Program-made: the position numbers and the translations under genes
Part shown: positions 46,584-64,000 of the stretch, piece after piece
Position numbering within the stretch: position 1 is the first letter of the stretch
How the letters are laid out: every line of letters starts with the position of its first letter
Notes under the pieces: generated by a model
What the model was told of the DNA's origin: nothing
Database searches by the model: none
Seen by the model: the letters and a program-made list of their open reading frames with translations, nothing else
Origin: an uncultured bacterium
GTDB lineage: Bacteria > Babelota > Babeliae > Babelales > Vermiphilaceae
Direction of reading: 5' to 3'
Assembly: GCA_963713925.1 (NCBI GenBank)
Contig: OY970212.1
Coordinates: 1,120,001 to 1,184,000 of the forward strand
Length of the DNA: 64,000 nucleotides

Positions 46584-49157
46584 ATGACACTTGCACCTTC
46601 CAAAATCATACTTCTTTTTATTGCATGTACCGGTTTAATTTTGCAACCTGTTTCTATGTTTTGTGGTGAGCAAAATATAGAATATGAAGAACAAAATGAT
46701 CGACCGGAAGAAACAATATTGCAAGATGAAGACGGTGAAGAGATTATTGATGATATCATCGATGATAATTCGAATGCCTCAAATCAAGTTGCTACAAACA
46801 ATGTGACGGGACGGAAAATTCGATCTATTTTTATTGAAGGTAATAAACAAATCAGCTCTCAAGCGATACTCTATCGCTTGCCCTATAAATCGGGTGAAAT
46901 CTATGATCCGGCCAAAACACGTTCTCTCATTAAACGTTTGTATAAAGATTTAAAACGCTTGCGCCATATTGCTGTCTATGGAGAACCTGTCGGATCAGAT
47001 ATGATCGACTTGTATGTTGTCGTGCAGGAAAAAAAACTTCTTAAGGATTTCAGACTGGTCAACAACACACAAGTTTCAACAAAAGAAATTTTGGAAAAAA
47101 CAAAATTAGATCAAATTCCCGCAATAGACTATGAAGAACTGAAAGTTATTTCAAGCAAGATCAGACATTTGTACTCAGAAAAGGGATACCACTCTGTCGA
47201 CATCAACGCGCGCCTTGAAATCGATTCTGATGATAAAGCTGTCCTCGTGTTCGAATTTACTGAATATCCAAAATCATTAGTCAAAAAAATCAAATTTATC
47301 GGCAATGAGGCATTCCCCGGGAAAAAGTTGCGATCAACGCTCTACTCAAGAGAAGATTGGATTCTCAGTTTTATGGATGGGTCGGGAATTTATCAAAAAG
47401 AGCGAACCGAGGCAGACAAACAGGTTATCGAGCAATTGTATCAAAACCATGGGTATATTGGCGCGAAAGTGACTGATGTTACGGTGGAAACCGATGAATG
47501 TTCTCAAGACATCACCCTCACCTATTATATTGAAGAAGGGGCGCAATATTGCGTCGGAACCGTTACGGTCGTTGATGCCGATGGATTGTCCGGAGCAAAA
47601 ATAGCTGAATGTTTGCCCTTGCAACCCGGCGATATATATTCACGTGAAAATGTCGTGGAATCGATCAAGTTTATTGAACATATTTGGAATGATCGTGGAT
47701 ATTTGTATGCCAACGTTGAACCTCGCATGAATCCTGATGATGTAAACAAAACAGTGGATGTCACATTTGATCACGATTTGGGTGATAAAGTTTTCTTGAG
47801 AAACCTCACCATCGTCGGTAACAACAAAACACGTGACAAAATTATCAGGCGCCAGTTGTTGGTTGAAGAAGGCGGACTGTTGACCGAATCTGCAATGGAG
47901 GCATCAAAAAACAGAGTTGAATCGCTCGGATATTTTGAGTTAAAAGATGGTGTCACCTGGAAAATGACGCGCGTTAATCAAAATTTGGCTGACCTTGATT
48001 TGATTTTGAAAGAAGCAAAAACCGGTAACGCGTCTTTCCAGCTTGGATTTAATGGAACAGCATCAATTAACTCGCCCGCAGATGGCCTTGCAATGGATTT
48101 TAATGTCGCAGACAGCAATTTGGGTGGCTGGGGCGTCAGCGTCAATCTCAATGGACGTCTGGCTAAAAATGAAAAAACATTTATTGCAAACATCACACAA
48201 CCATGGCTTTTTGACAAACCGATTATGAGCGCAGTTGATGTCTACCACAAACGTTTAGGCTATGATGATTTCAAGGCAACGACTGCAGTTAATGAGCTAC
48301 GCACGGGCGGATCATTAACAACAGGATTTATGACAATACTTCCGCGATTCAATTTTACTGACGTGTTTGTCAGATCGAATCTTGGCTTTGATAGTATTAC
48401 CTATCAAGGAGTTCCCAATGATATCACCAGGATGCCTGACCAAGTGGGACTTTTTAACAACGCCGATGCCACCATACAATACAGAAGACTTCTCAATGAG
48501 GAATTTACACCGGGCCATCTGACGTGGCTGACTTTCACTGTCGGACAAGAAAAGAAAAACCACCCGATGCATCCAAGCAAAGGATATGCGTGGGTTGCTC
48601 GTTCGTATACTGGCATCCCAAATCCTGCAAGCCCTCTTGCATTTGAAAAAATCGATCTCGATTTTCATTGGTATACCCCATTAATCGGTGATCGCGATCT
48701 TATTTTCCACTGGCATAACTATTTTGGATATATTGTTCCTCTCACGAACAAAATCATTCCATTTGGTGAATTGTTTCACATCGGAGGGCCTGCAAGTGTG
48801 CGCGGATATCTCTTTGGACAACTCAGTCCACGATTTAATGTAAATGGTGCGTCCGATTCAATTGGTGCATCACGAACGCTTTTCGTTAATGCAGAATTGA
48901 TCTTCCCAATTCAACCAGACATGACGATCAAGGGTGTCTTGTTCTATGACGGTGGATCAGGATGGAACACGCCATATCGCACTCCGGCCAACCAACAATT
49001 TATTATCAACAACAATTTTGATTATCGTCATGCAATCGGGGCCGGAATTCGTCTTTTAAATCCGATGCCTATTAAAATTGATGTCGGCTTTAAACTAGAT
49101 CCACGCCCAGGCGAATCGCCCTATGAAGTGCATTTTGGCATGAATTACGATTGGTAA
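46584..49157 (+). CDS. bamA: Outer membrane protein assembly factor BamA
   Basis: POTRA repeats (IEGN, FIGN, IVGNNKTRD), GGPASVRGY, GIR...PMPIKID; acidic N-terminal extension. Confidence 0.95.
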   Translation: MTLAPSKIILLFIACTGLILQPVSMFCGEQNIEYEEQNDRPEETILQDEDGEEIIDDIIDDNSNASNQVATNNVTGRKIRSIFIEGNKQISSQAILYRLPYKSGEIYDPAKTRSLIKRLYKDLKRLRHIAVYGEPVGSDMIDLYVVVQEKKLLKDFRLVNNTQVSTKEILEKTKLDQIPAIDYEELKVISSKIRHLYSEKGYHSVDINARLEIDSDDKAVLVFEFTEYPKSLVKKIKFIGNEAFPGKKLRSTLYSREDWILSFMDGSGIYQKERTEADKQVIEQLYQNHGYIGAKVTDVTVETDECSQDITLTYYIEEGAQYCVGTVTVVDADGLSGAKIAECLPLQPGDIYSRENVVESIKFIEHIWNDRGYLYANVEPRMNPDDVNKTVDVTFDHDLGDKVFLRNLTIVGNNKTRDKIIRRQLLVEEGGLLTESAMEASKNRVESLGYFELKDGVTWKMTRVNQNLADLDLILKEAKTGNASFQLGFNGTASINSPADGLAMDFNVADSNLGGWGVSVNLNGRLAKNEKTFIANITQPWLFDKPIMSAVDVYHKRLGYDDFKATTAVNELRTGGSLTTGFMTILPRFNFTDVFVRSNLGFDSITYQGVPNDITRMPDQVGLFNNADATIQYRRLLNEEFTPGHLTWLTFTVGQEKKNHPMHPSKGYAWVARSYTGIPNPASPLAFEKIDLDFHWYTPLIGDRDLIFHWHNYFGYIVPLTNKIIPFGELFHIGGPASVRGYLFGQLSPRFNVNGASDSIGASRTLFVNAELIFPIQPDMTIKGVLFYDGGSGWNTPYRTPANQQFIINNNFDYRHAIGAGIRLLNPMPIKIDVGFKLDPRPGESPYEVHFGMNYDW

Positions 49158-49203
49158 TGGGTATCCGAAAAAAAAGAAAAGAGTAGTAAAAGAGGAAAAA
49201 GCA

Positions 49204-49521
49204 ATGAAGCGATGTGTCAGTTTTGTTTTCATACTATTTTTTTTCAACATCCCGATCAACGCATCAGAATCATATCTCGACCAATGTATCGCTGCCGGAA
49301 TTCCTAAAAACGTTGCAACAATAATGAATAGACTTGAAAGAAACGAACAGGAGCATGGCGCTTGCACCTCTGAAAAACGACGAACGCAAATCATCGCATT
49401 ACTAGAATCGGGATCCTCAGCACGTAATGTATTATCACCCTATCTTGATATGGCATACAAATGGAAAGATGAAACAGCTGTAGGAGCGCTCACTCAGTTC
49501 GGCGTAAAAAAAGAAGCCTAA
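49204..49521 (+). CDS. Small secreted hypothetical protein
   Basis: Signal peptide ending INA; weak ankyrin-like C-terminus. Confidence 0.6.
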   Translation: MKRCVSFVFILFFFNIPINASESYLDQCIAAGIPKNVATIMNRLERNEQEHGACTSEKRRTQIIALLESGSSARNVLSPYLDMAYKWKDETAVGALTQFGVKKEA

Positions 49522-49595
49522 ATACACTTGACAAGATTTTTTAGTTGAGTTGTGATGGATCAACGATAACGGATAAAAAAGCCGTATTATTTTAA

Positions 49596-51332
<1,737 letters not shown>

Positions 51333-51409
51333 TAAAAAAAGCCAATAAAAAAGGGTCGTATGATTAAATTTTCATGCGACCCCTCATAAAAAAAGAAAGA
51401 GAGATGTAA

Positions 51410-55954
<4,545 letters not shown>

Positions 55955-55962
55955 GGACTTCT

Positions 55963-58056
55963 ATGTGGATTAATACATTACCCAAACTTCGTTTTTTTTG
56001 TTTCCTCCGTCGCCTGTCAGCTATGGCGAGACAAGCCGTGTGGGGCCCCAATAAAAAACTACTCATGACTGTGTCCTTCGCTATGTTGTCATGTCAATCA
56101 GCTCATATAACTTATAAATATTTAGATCCCTCATTTGGACCCGATCAAACCGGAGTTGTGATATTTACTGATCAAACGCTGACATCATTTACTCATGTAA
56201 GTCTTCAATCTGCTGATAATAAAATTGTCGTGAGTGGGTCGACCAGTAATAGCGCCTCGCAAACCGTGGTCGCACGTTATGAAACAACAGGAGAACTTGA
56301 TACAACATTTGGAACCGGTGGATTTACCAATGTTCTTACCGGGAATGCATCTTCCTCCTTTGCAAATGTCATTAATTCAACTGGAAACATCATAGTAGTC
56401 GGCAGTAGCCAATCAACAGAAAGCGATATCACGCTCTGGAGTTTTACAAGCGCCGGTGCTCTCGATCCTTCATTTGGTAGTTCAGGCACTACAATTACTC
56501 CACTCAATGATGGAGCTGCAGCATACGATGTCGGCCTTCAGTCTGACCAAACAATTGTCATTGCAGGAGCAACCATCATAAGCGGTATACCTTATGCATT
56601 TATTGCTCGTTATACAACTGCTGGAGTTCTTGACACAACATATGCAACCGGAGGAATATTTCAAACTTCCATATTTAATTATGCAATAGCACGCACCATT
56701 GCCATACAACCAGACGACAAAGCGGTTGTAGGTGGGACCGCACTCAGCGGCTCAAATCTGATATATGGATTAGCCCGATTGACAACAACAGGCACACTCG
56801 ATTCAACATTTGGCTCAGGAACCGGTATTGTCACCGGACAAATTCCGGGTTCAACATCCGATATCATCTATGATGCGCAGTTACAATCGATCGCTCCAAA
56901 TGCAGGAAAAATTATTGCGGTCGGATCAACATTTATCAACAGTGTTCGACAAGTATTTGTTGCACGATTCAACACTGATGGCTCTTTGGATACCACCTTC
57001 GCCTCAAGCGGTTACTTTATTCAAGCATATGGAAATACGAGCTCGGCGCTAGCAGTCTCGATCCAATCAAATGACAATATCGTTTTTACCGGAAACTCAG
57101 ACAGCTATCCTCTCACCGGACGCCTCACCCCCAATGGAGCCCTTGATACCACATTCGGCAATAATGGAGCTGTTATCACAAACTTATTATCCCCTGTATC
57201 TTTACAATCAACAACGATCGATAACAATGACAAGCCAGTGAGTGTTGGATCAATACAAGATAGTGGTATTTTAATACGCTATCTTTCGACCAATCAGGAC
57301 CTCATTGGAATTACATATCCTGACAATGGTGCCGTCGCACATATTTGTGCGCCGCTCATCACGGGAACGTCGTCTGCTTCTATTGGCACAACAGTAAACA
57401 TTTTTATTGATGGCATTCTTGTCGGATCAGCACTCACCGAATCTGACGGAGTATGGACATTCTATGACACACCTGCTCTGTCATCTGGAGCTCACACAGT
57501 TACAGCTCAGTTGGTGAATGGACAATCGCCGGAACCTTCTGTCACCAATAACTTCACTGTCATGCTGTGCTCGGCAACGGGTGCGACTGGTGCAACCGGA
57601 GCAGATTTCACCGCGCAGGATTACGCATATGTTTACCACACCGCATCGGACCCTATATCAACGGCAAATACTTTCCAGACCATCAATTTCAGCAATACTC
57701 CAATATTGAATGGGTGGAACGCATCACCAACGGGAGTACTGACTAATCCAGACTCCGGCACTTATCTTGCGCAATGGGGAATTTTTGCACAACAAAATAA
57801 TGTCTTCAACCAGTTGGTGACAACTCGACTATTGTTGAATAGTGCTTCTGTTGCTGGAAGTGTTGGAAGTGTTTATACAATGCCCGCAACCAATCAACCA
57901 ACCAATTTAACCGGTCGATGTTTAATAACCTACATAGCCAACCAACAACTCATGTTACAATGGACCGCTTCAGCTGCTGGCGTATCATTAGCCCCTGCGG
58001 GACCGAGTGGGGAAATTCCTGCATCAGCTCAATTAGTTATCGAACGAATCAATTAA
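55963..58056 (+). CDS. Secreted delta-60/Ig protein with vestigial 3-triplet collagen and head domain
   Basis: RBS GAGGA; LDxxFG repeats; [13 protein letters not shown]; ends LVIERIN. Confidence 0.85.
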   Translation: MWINTLPKLRFFCFLRRLSAMARQAVWGPNKKLLMTVSFAMLSCQSAHITYKYLDPSFGPDQTGVVIFTDQTLTSFTHVSLQSADNKIVVSGSTSNSASQTVVARYETTGELDTTFGTGGFTNVLTGNASSSFANVINSTGNIIVVGSSQSTESDITLWSFTSAGALDPSFGSSGTTITPLNDGAAAYDVGLQSDQTIVIAGATIISGIPYAFIARYTTAGVLDTTYATGGIFQTSIFNYAIARTIAIQPDDKAVVGGTALSGSNLIYGLARLTTTGTLDSTFGSGTGIVTGQIPGSTSDIIYDAQLQSIAPNAGKIIAVGSTFINSVRQVFVARFNTDGSLDTTFASSGYFIQAYGNTSSALAVSIQSNDNIVFTGNSDSYPLTGRLTPNGALDTTFGNNGAVITNLLSPVSLQSTTIDNNDKPVSVGSIQDSGILIRYLSTNQDLIGITYPDNGAVAHICAPLITGTSSASIGTTVNIFIDGILVGSALTESDGVWTFYDTPALSSGAHTVTAQLVNGQSPEPSVTNNFTVMLCSATGATGATGADFTAQDYAYVYHTASDPISTANTFQTINFSNTPILNGWNASPTGVLTNPDSGTYLAQWGIFAQQNNVFNQLVTTRLLLNSASVAGSVGSVYTMPATNQPTNLTGRCLITYIANQQLMLQWTASAAGVSLAPAGPSGEIPASAQLVIERIN

Positions 58057-58071
58057 AAAGGAGTATTAATA

Positions 58072-60381
58072 ATGAATAAAAATATTATCAATTTACTCAG
58101 CCTACTCGGTATACACTTCACCTTTTTTATTCAAGGACAACAATATCTGGACACCTCGTTTGGGCCGGATCAAAATGGAATTGTTATTCTGAATACGGGA
58201 TCAGTAACATCACTCAGTGATATCGCTATACAGACTGATAATAAAATCGTTGTAAGTGGATCATTCGCCAGTGAGACGACACAAACGCTCGTCGCTCGTT
58301 ATCTACCTGATGGAACTCTTGATGCTACATTTGGCACAGACGGACTAACAACTGTTTTGACGGGAAGTGGTTCAGAAGGCCATGCCCACGCAATCGACTC
58401 AAGCGGTAACATTGTAATTGCAGGTGAAAGTGTGTCTACTGAAGCCGATATTACTCTGTGGAGATTTACGGCAGATGGATCCTTGGACAGTACATTCGGA
58501 ACCTCCGGAACTGTAACGACAGCACTTAACGATGGGGCCGCTGCAAATGATCTTGCCCTACAACCATCTGATGAAAAAATTGTCGTAACAGGGCCAACTG
58601 TTGCATCGGGAATTCCACAGATATTTGTAGCCCGATATACAACGTCAGGTGTACTTGATACAACATATGGAACAAGCGGAATAACGCAACTTCAGATATT
58701 TGATAATGCTTTTTCAAACACCATTATCATACAATCGGATGATAAAGCAATTTGTGCAGGAAGAACAGATGACGGCAGTTTAAGTCTCTATAGCATTGTT
58801 CGATTCACAAGCTCAGGAGACCCTGATAGCTCATTTGGATCATCCGGTATTGTAACTGGCCAATCAACGAGTTCAACTTTTGATGTATTTTATGCACTTG
58901 GCTTACAATCTTCGGGCAAAATTATTGCAGCCGGGACAGCAACTATCGATGGTCAAGAGGAAACGCTCGTTGCTCGGTTTAATACCAATGGAACATTAGA
59001 CACAACATTTGGCTCGAGTGGGTATGCCACCAATACATTTGGAGAAAGTAGTGGCGCACTCGCACTCACCATTCAATCAGATGATTCAATAGTCATTTCA
59101 GGATTTGCAGATGCCTTCCCATTTACTGCTCGTCTTACCGTAGATGGAGCTCTCGATTCATCATTTGGTAATGAAGGAGTTGTTATCACGGATACTCTTG
59201 ATGAAGCTGCTTTTTTTAACGCCGTTACTGTTGATTCAAGTGATAAAATTTTAGCTGTAGGTGTGTATGATATTGATGGACTTCTCATTCGCTACCAACC
59301 AAATAATTCCGATTTCATCAACATATTCAATCCTGCTGAATCATCCACTATTTCAAGTTTCCCCACCACTATTTCAGGAAATGCTTCTCAGTCGAACTCA
59401 ACTGTTTCATTAGAAATAGATTCCATAGCGATCGGAGCGACTATCACAGATTCATTGGGCAATTGGATTTTCTCATATCCTCTTATTTCTAATGGCGCGC
59501 ATACCATCACAGCAAATCTTCTTGACTCATTGAATACCATTATTGCAACATCAAGCAATGATTTTACCGTTAGTTCCAGCGATGCTATTGAAATTGTTTC
59601 TCCCACTCAAGATGAAATAGTTCTTACTGCATTTCCAACTATTACAGGGCTCAGTTCTGAATCAAGTGCAACGGTAGAAGTTTTTATAGATTCCGTATCA
59701 ATCGGCACCGCACTCACCAATGCGATTGGATCTTGGTCCATCGATTCTCCTCAATTGAGTAATGCTTCCCACACGGCACAGGCAAATTTGCTTCCCGGAG
59801 CAACAGACTCAGTCACATTCACTGTCAGCGCAGCGCAAGGAACAACGGGAGCAACTGGCCCTGCTGGTGCAACAGGCGCAACCGGGCCATGTTGTCCTGG
59901 AGCTACCGGAGCGACCGGTGCAACCACAAGTAGTAACGACTATATGTATTCATATCACACCGGTAATGATACTTTGGCGATCTCAAACACATTCCAAAAC
60001 ATCGTCTATAACAATCCGCTGACTCAAAACAGTGGATGGTCAATGAGTTCGACCGGTGCATTTACAAATTCCAACTCAGGAATTTACTTAGTAGCTGCGA
60101 ATATAGTGGCCCAATTTAGTGGACTTATGACAGTTGGTGTTCACCCAAGTTCACTCAGACTCATGCTCAATGGTTCACAAGTTCCCGGTGCATCAGCGTT
60201 CACCACAACCGATAATAATCTTGCTCGAAGTCAAACAAGTATAAACACAATCATAAATTACACCGCAAACCAACCACTCGTCGTACAATGGACCGGCGAC
60301 ATAACAAACTTCACGCTCTCCGCTCGAACAAGTCCAAACCAAACGGCGTCATCACAAATTACTATTGAAAGACTTCAATAG
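58072..60381 (+). CDS. Secreted delta-60 protein with two Ig domains, short Cys-interrupted collagen and head domain
   Basis: LDxxFG repeats; two G.W......SN..HT Ig motifs; GATGPCCPGATG; ends ITIERLQ. Confidence 0.85.
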   Translation: MNKNIINLLSLLGIHFTFFIQGQQYLDTSFGPDQNGIVILNTGSVTSLSDIAIQTDNKIVVSGSFASETTQTLVARYLPDGTLDATFGTDGLTTVLTGSGSEGHAHAIDSSGNIVIAGESVSTEADITLWRFTADGSLDSTFGTSGTVTTALNDGAAANDLALQPSDEKIVVTGPTVASGIPQIFVARYTTSGVLDTTYGTSGITQLQIFDNAFSNTIIIQSDDKAICAGRTDDGSLSLYSIVRFTSSGDPDSSFGSSGIVTGQSTSSTFDVFYALGLQSSGKIIAAGTATIDGQEETLVARFNTNGTLDTTFGSSGYATNTFGESSGALALTIQSDDSIVISGFADAFPFTARLTVDGALDSSFGNEGVVITDTLDEAAFFNAVTVDSSDKILAVGVYDIDGLLIRYQPNNSDFINIFNPAESSTISSFPTTISGNASQSNSTVSLEIDSIAIGATITDSLGNWIFSYPLISNGAHTITANLLDSLNTIIATSSNDFTVSSSDAIEIVSPTQDEIVLTAFPTITGLSSESSATVEVFIDSVSIGTALTNAIGSWSIDSPQLSNASHTAQANLLPGATDSVTFTVSAAQGTTGATGPAGATGATGPCCPGATGATGATTSSNDYMYSYHTGNDTLAISNTFQNIVYNNPLTQNSGWSMSSTGAFTNSNSGIYLVAANIVAQFSGLMTVGVHPSSLRLMLNGSQVPGASAFTTTDNNLARSQTSINTIINYTANQPLVVQWTGDITNFTLSARTSPNQTASSQITIERLQ

Positions 60382-60402
60382 TAGAACAAAAGGAATCAAA
60401 TC

Positions 60403-63111
60403 ATGCTAAAAAGAGAGAGTATATTCATACGAACAAGTATCCTATCGATACTCATTTGCTCGGGATATCAGTCGAGCACTGCAAACCAATTTTTAGATAA
60501 AACATTTGGCGCAGAACAAACGGGGATCGTGATCGATCCATCAAACAATGCTGGAGCAACATCAGTCGCCCTTCAATCAAACGACTATCTTGTTTTTGCG
60601 GGATTTAATGCTGCTCAAACTCCGCGGGCTTTTTTTGTATCTCGATACACCAACAACGGTATTCTTGATACAACCTATGGAACCTCTGGATACACAACTA
60701 CCACTATTGGCTCTGACGCAATTGCAAACGCTGTAGCCTTGCAAACAATTTCGGCAAGTCCATTAACGCAATTTGCTGTTCTAGCAGGATCAAGCTTTGC
60801 AAGCGGAAGCAATCAAATCACCCTTGCTCGATATAACACAAGTGGTGTTTTGGATGCGACATTTGGTTCGTCAGGAATTGTGCAAACCCCCGTTCCACTG
60901 AGTACCGGTTCTCAAGCAAATGCTGTCGCTATTCAGCCAAATGGAGCAATCGTTATTGCCGGGTCAGCAGTTATCAATGGTTCACCGCAATTTGTTATCG
61001 CACGATACACGAGCAGTGGAACACTTGACGGCACATTCGGATCGGGAGGCATTGTTACCTTACTGATTGGCGAATCGTCAGTCGCCTATGCAGTTGGCAT
61101 TCAACCGAATTTAACATCACCTTCACTGAGCGGTGATATCGTTGTTGCCGGTGTGACCTCAATTGGTAATCAAAATGAATATGCACTCGCTATTCTTGAT
61201 AGTACGGGGGCAGTTGTTACAACCAATACTGTGCAAGTGCCCGCGGCGACTAACTCGTGCATTTACGCACTCGCAATTACTGGCAGTGACGAAATAGTTG
61301 TCGGCGGTTTTGCTGCGACACATACCTCGATGAGTATGTCGATAGCTCGATTTAATTCAACAGGGACTATTGATGCTTCATTTGGAACTTCAGGACATAC
61401 CGTTGTCACTCTTGGAGCAAATACACAAATTCGAGCACTCACATTTGACGCAAGCGGAAATATCGCTACAACAGGCTTTGTTGATGGACTCGTTCTTGCG
61501 ACTCGTTTTACCAGTTTAGGTCTTCTTGATACCACGTTTGGAACTGAAGGATACGTGATCGCCGATATCGGCCAATTTCCGGCACAACACAACGGCGTTG
61601 CGGTTCAGGCGATTGCCCCTAATACAAACAAAATTGTTGGAGCTGGGCAAACATTTAACAATCCGGAACTGGTGCGTTATCTAGCGAATAACACAGGATT
61701 TATTACTATCACCTTTCCTCCAAACGGCGGCACTGTTCATACCTGCTCACCGGTTATCACCGGAACTTCTTCGGGCGTAGCTGGAACAGTGGTAGACATT
61801 TCTATTGATGGCAGCTTTGTCGGATCAACCACTACCGATGCAAATGGAAACTGGACTTTCTATAACACTCCTGCTCTTTCATCCGGATCTCATACAGTCA
61901 CAGCTCAGTTGGTCAACGGACAATCACCAGAACCTTCCGCAACGAACACATTCACCGTCACGCTCTGCTCGGCAACGGGTGCGACTGGCGCCACCGGCGC
62001 AACCGGCAATCCGGGGCCTACCGGAGCTGCTGGCGCAACGGGCACGACAGGAGCTACCGGCATACAAGGTAAAACAGGTGCGACAGGAGCCACCGGAAAT
62101 ACCGGAGCCGCCGGACAAACTGGCGCAACTGGTCAAACGGGTTCGACCGGATCAACTGGCGCCACAGGTACAACTGGAGCTACTGGTGCACAAGGTAATA
62201 CCGGTGCCACAGGTGCTGCCGGACAAACCGGAGCAACCGGGCAAACGGGTTCGACTGGTAGCACAGGATCAACAGGATCCGCCGGCGCAACCGGACAGAC
62301 TGGTTCAACTGGGGCAACTGGCGCACAAGGTAACACTGGTACCACAGGTGCTGCCGGACAGACCGGAGCAACTGGGCAAACGGGTTCGACGGGAGCGACT
62401 GGAAGTACCGGTTCTACCGGCGCAACAGGGACAACAGGAAGCACCGGCGCTGCGGGACAAACCGGAACTACTGGATCGACAGGAGCAGTCGGACAAACTG
62501 GCGCAACCGGAAGTACGGGGGCTACCGGGGCAGTTGGTGCAACTGGTGCGACTGGTGCAAATGCATCATCTTTTGCGGAATTGGTATTCACTCCGACCAG
62601 CATGAATAATGACACCTATTTTGCAATTCCAAATCAAACAATCAGTTCCGTGTACTTGGGTGGCAACGGGCCAAACGCAAACATACTCGTATGGCAATTA
62701 CCATTTGCCGGAGCCTCAGGTCCGCTTGACACCAATATCAACTTTAAAATTCCACATAATTACAGCACTTCTGGCCCAACTTCAATGATGCTCCATGTTC
62801 TTGCAGCACAAAACGGGGCGACAGGAACAAATGCTGCAATCCGCGCATATGCCGATTTTAAAGGCAATGGACAAACAATCGGTAATGCGTATGCACAAAC
62901 ATCTGATGTCGCTTTTACCGTATCGGAACCAGCGGGAGCGTCCCAATTAAACGACTTCCTTGTTACTATTCCGCTCACTGCTGGTACTATTTCGCCAGAC
63001 AATTGGGCGTTCTTAGTGTTTAATCGTATTTCTCCAACTGGTGGCAACGAATACAGCAACGATCTGTATCTAGGGCCAGTTTCATTTAGATATTTGTTAA
63101 CTAACAGCTAA
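60403..63111 (+). CDS. Secreted delta-60/Ig collagen-like protein (about 65 triplets) with a different C-terminal domain
   Basis: Propeller region highly similar to 51410 gene; GAT/GQT/GST triplets; C-domain ends [10 protein letters not shown]. Confidence 0.85.
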   Translation: MLKRESIFIRTSILSILICSGYQSSTANQFLDKTFGAEQTGIVIDPSNNAGATSVALQSNDYLVFAGFNAAQTPRAFFVSRYTNNGILDTTYGTSGYTTTTIGSDAIANAVALQTISASPLTQFAVLAGSSFASGSNQITLARYNTSGVLDATFGSSGIVQTPVPLSTGSQANAVAIQPNGAIVIAGSAVINGSPQFVIARYTSSGTLDGTFGSGGIVTLLIGESSVAYAVGIQPNLTSPSLSGDIVVAGVTSIGNQNEYALAILDSTGAVVTTNTVQVPAATNSCIYALAITGSDEIVVGGFAATHTSMSMSIARFNSTGTIDASFGTSGHTVVTLGANTQIRALTFDASGNIATTGFVDGLVLATRFTSLGLLDTTFGTEGYVIADIGQFPAQHNGVAVQAIAPNTNKIVGAGQTFNNPELVRYLANNTGFITITFPPNGGTVHTCSPVITGTSSGVAGTVVDISIDGSFVGSTTTDANGNWTFYNTPALSSGSHTVTAQLVNGQSPEPSATNTFTVTLCSATGATGATGATGNPGPTGAAGATGTTGATGIQGKTGATGATGNTGAAGQTGATGQTGSTGSTGATGTTGATGAQGNTGATGAAGQTGATGQTGSTGSTGSTGSAGATGQTGSTGATGAQGNTGTTGAAGQTGATGQTGSTGATGSTGSTGATGTTGSTGAAGQTGTTGSTGAVGQTGATGSTGATGAVGATGATGANASSFAELVFTPTSMNNDTYFAIPNQTISSVYLGGNGPNANILVWQLPFAGASGPLDTNINFKIPHNYSTSGPTSMMLHVLAAQNGATGTNAAIRAYADFKGNGQTIGNAYAQTSDVAFTVSEPAGASQLNDFLVTIPLTAGTISPDNWAFLVFNRISPTGGNEYSNDLYLGPVSFRYLLTNS

Positions 63112-63118
63112 TCACATT

Positions 63119-63151
63119 AATCGAGGGATCCATATGATGGATCCCTCGATT
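63119..63151. terminator. Perfect 15-bp hairpin ending the collagen array
   Basis: AATCGAGGGATCCAT-ATG-ATGGATCCCTCGATT. Confidence 0.65.
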
Positions 63152-63312
63152 GAGTAAAATATTCCCTTTTGATAGAGTATATTTAAGTAAACATGAATCC
63201 AGGTGAAAGACCTATAGTTTCGTTGTTTCAGCAAATGTCAAAGTACAAAAATGTATCCCGAGTATAAAGGGAATCCCGTATTTTAAGTACGGATAAAATA
63301 TATGGCGATCTT

Positions 63313-64000
63313 ATGGGAACAATACTTCTTTTTTATAAATATATTTCTATTTCAAACCCAAAACAGATCCTCAAATGGCAGGAAAAACTGTGTGGACAAC
63401 TCAACCTCAAAGGCCGTATCATACTCGGACACGAGGGCATCAATGCCACTCTGGGAGGCAGCATTCAAAACACAGAACGATATAAAGAAATCATGGAAAA
63501 GCATCCTCTCTTTGGAGGCATCGATTTTAAAGAAAGCCCCGGAACCGCGGATTATTTCCCCCGATTGCGCATTGTAATAAAAGATGAAATTGTTCACTTG
63601 GGTCTTGATACGCAAAAATATACCGCTGCCAGTGGGGGGATTCATCTTTCTCCCGAACAAGCGCATCAACTTATGGATGAGAAACCGGAAGATCTTATTA
63701 TCATTGACTGCAGAAATACCAATGAAACAAGTATCGGCACCTTTACCAATGCCGTACGGCCTGATACCAATTATTTCCGTGAATTTCCTACGTATGTCGA
63801 CAACAACCAAGAACTTTTTAAAGACAAAACTGTTTTAATGGCATGCACCGGTGGCATTCGCTGTGAACGCGCTTCTTCATATGTAAAAGCAACAAGCGGC
63901 GCCAAAACAGTGTATCAAATTTCCGGCGGGATCCAGCGATATGTCGAAAGATTCCCCAATGGACATTTCCGCGGGAAAAATTATGTGTTTGACGCGCGCA
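63313..64000 (+). CDS. trhO: TrhO/UPF0176 rhodanese-domain tRNA hydroxylase (3'-truncated; absent from the ORF track)
   Basis: MGTILLFYKY, LKGRIILGHEGINAT, IDCRN..E..IGTF, CTGGIRCERAS, GGIQRY, GKNYVFD. Confidence 0.92.
   Translation, partial: MGTILLFYKYISISNPKQILKWQEKLCGQLNLKGRIILGHEGINATLGGSIQNTERYKEIMEKHPLFGGIDFKESPGTADYFPRLRIVIKDEIVHLGLDTQKYTAASGGIHLSPEQAHQLMDEKPEDLIIIDCRNTNETSIGTFTNAVRPDTNYFREFPTYVDNNQELFKDKTVLMACTGGIRCERASSYVKATSGAKTVYQISGGIQRYVERFPNGHFRGKNYVFDAR

Noticed and set aside
51352..51383. Terminator splitting the collagen array after gene 1
   Set aside because: A hairpin is present but has no U-tract on the coding strand, so it cannot be called a terminator; it may be a stabilising or processing hairpin.
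63302..63838. Short ORFs listed at the window end
   Set aside because: They overlap the real trhO frame starting at 63313, which runs off the window.

Overview
Bacterial chromosomal window, AT-rich, most consistent with an obligate intracellular parasite of protists such as Candidatus Dependentiae/TM6. This taxonomy is an inference from the many short signal-peptide hypothetical proteins, the ankyrin and Sel1 proteins and the scattered housekeeping genes. The backbone comprises lspA, pheT, rsmA, mreB, tRNA-Ser(CGA), glmU, sbcD, gatB, secA, efp, nusB, trxA, cysS, bamA and trhO. Highlights: (1) A complete IS110-family element (1218-2414). Its non-coding left end folds into a bridge-RNA-type structure, and its four guide segments match the element's own ends and flanking target around a CT core. 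A sigma70 promoter forms only at the circle junction. (2) A 13.5 kb tandem array of five secreted collagen-like fibre proteins: delta-60 propeller + Ig + Gly-X-Thr stalks of very different length + C-terminal head. One stalk has about 280 triplets and is almost pure (Gly-Ser-Thr)n. (3) At least four families of short palindromic repeats that nest inside each other and insert in-frame into a gene. (4) Many candidate host-directed effectors: C2H2 zinc fingers with an NLS, a mitochondrial-presequence-like protein, a clan CD-like protease, Sel1 fused to an uncharacterised His-containing domain, and an exported NADAR. All calls come from reading motifs by eye; no searches were run.
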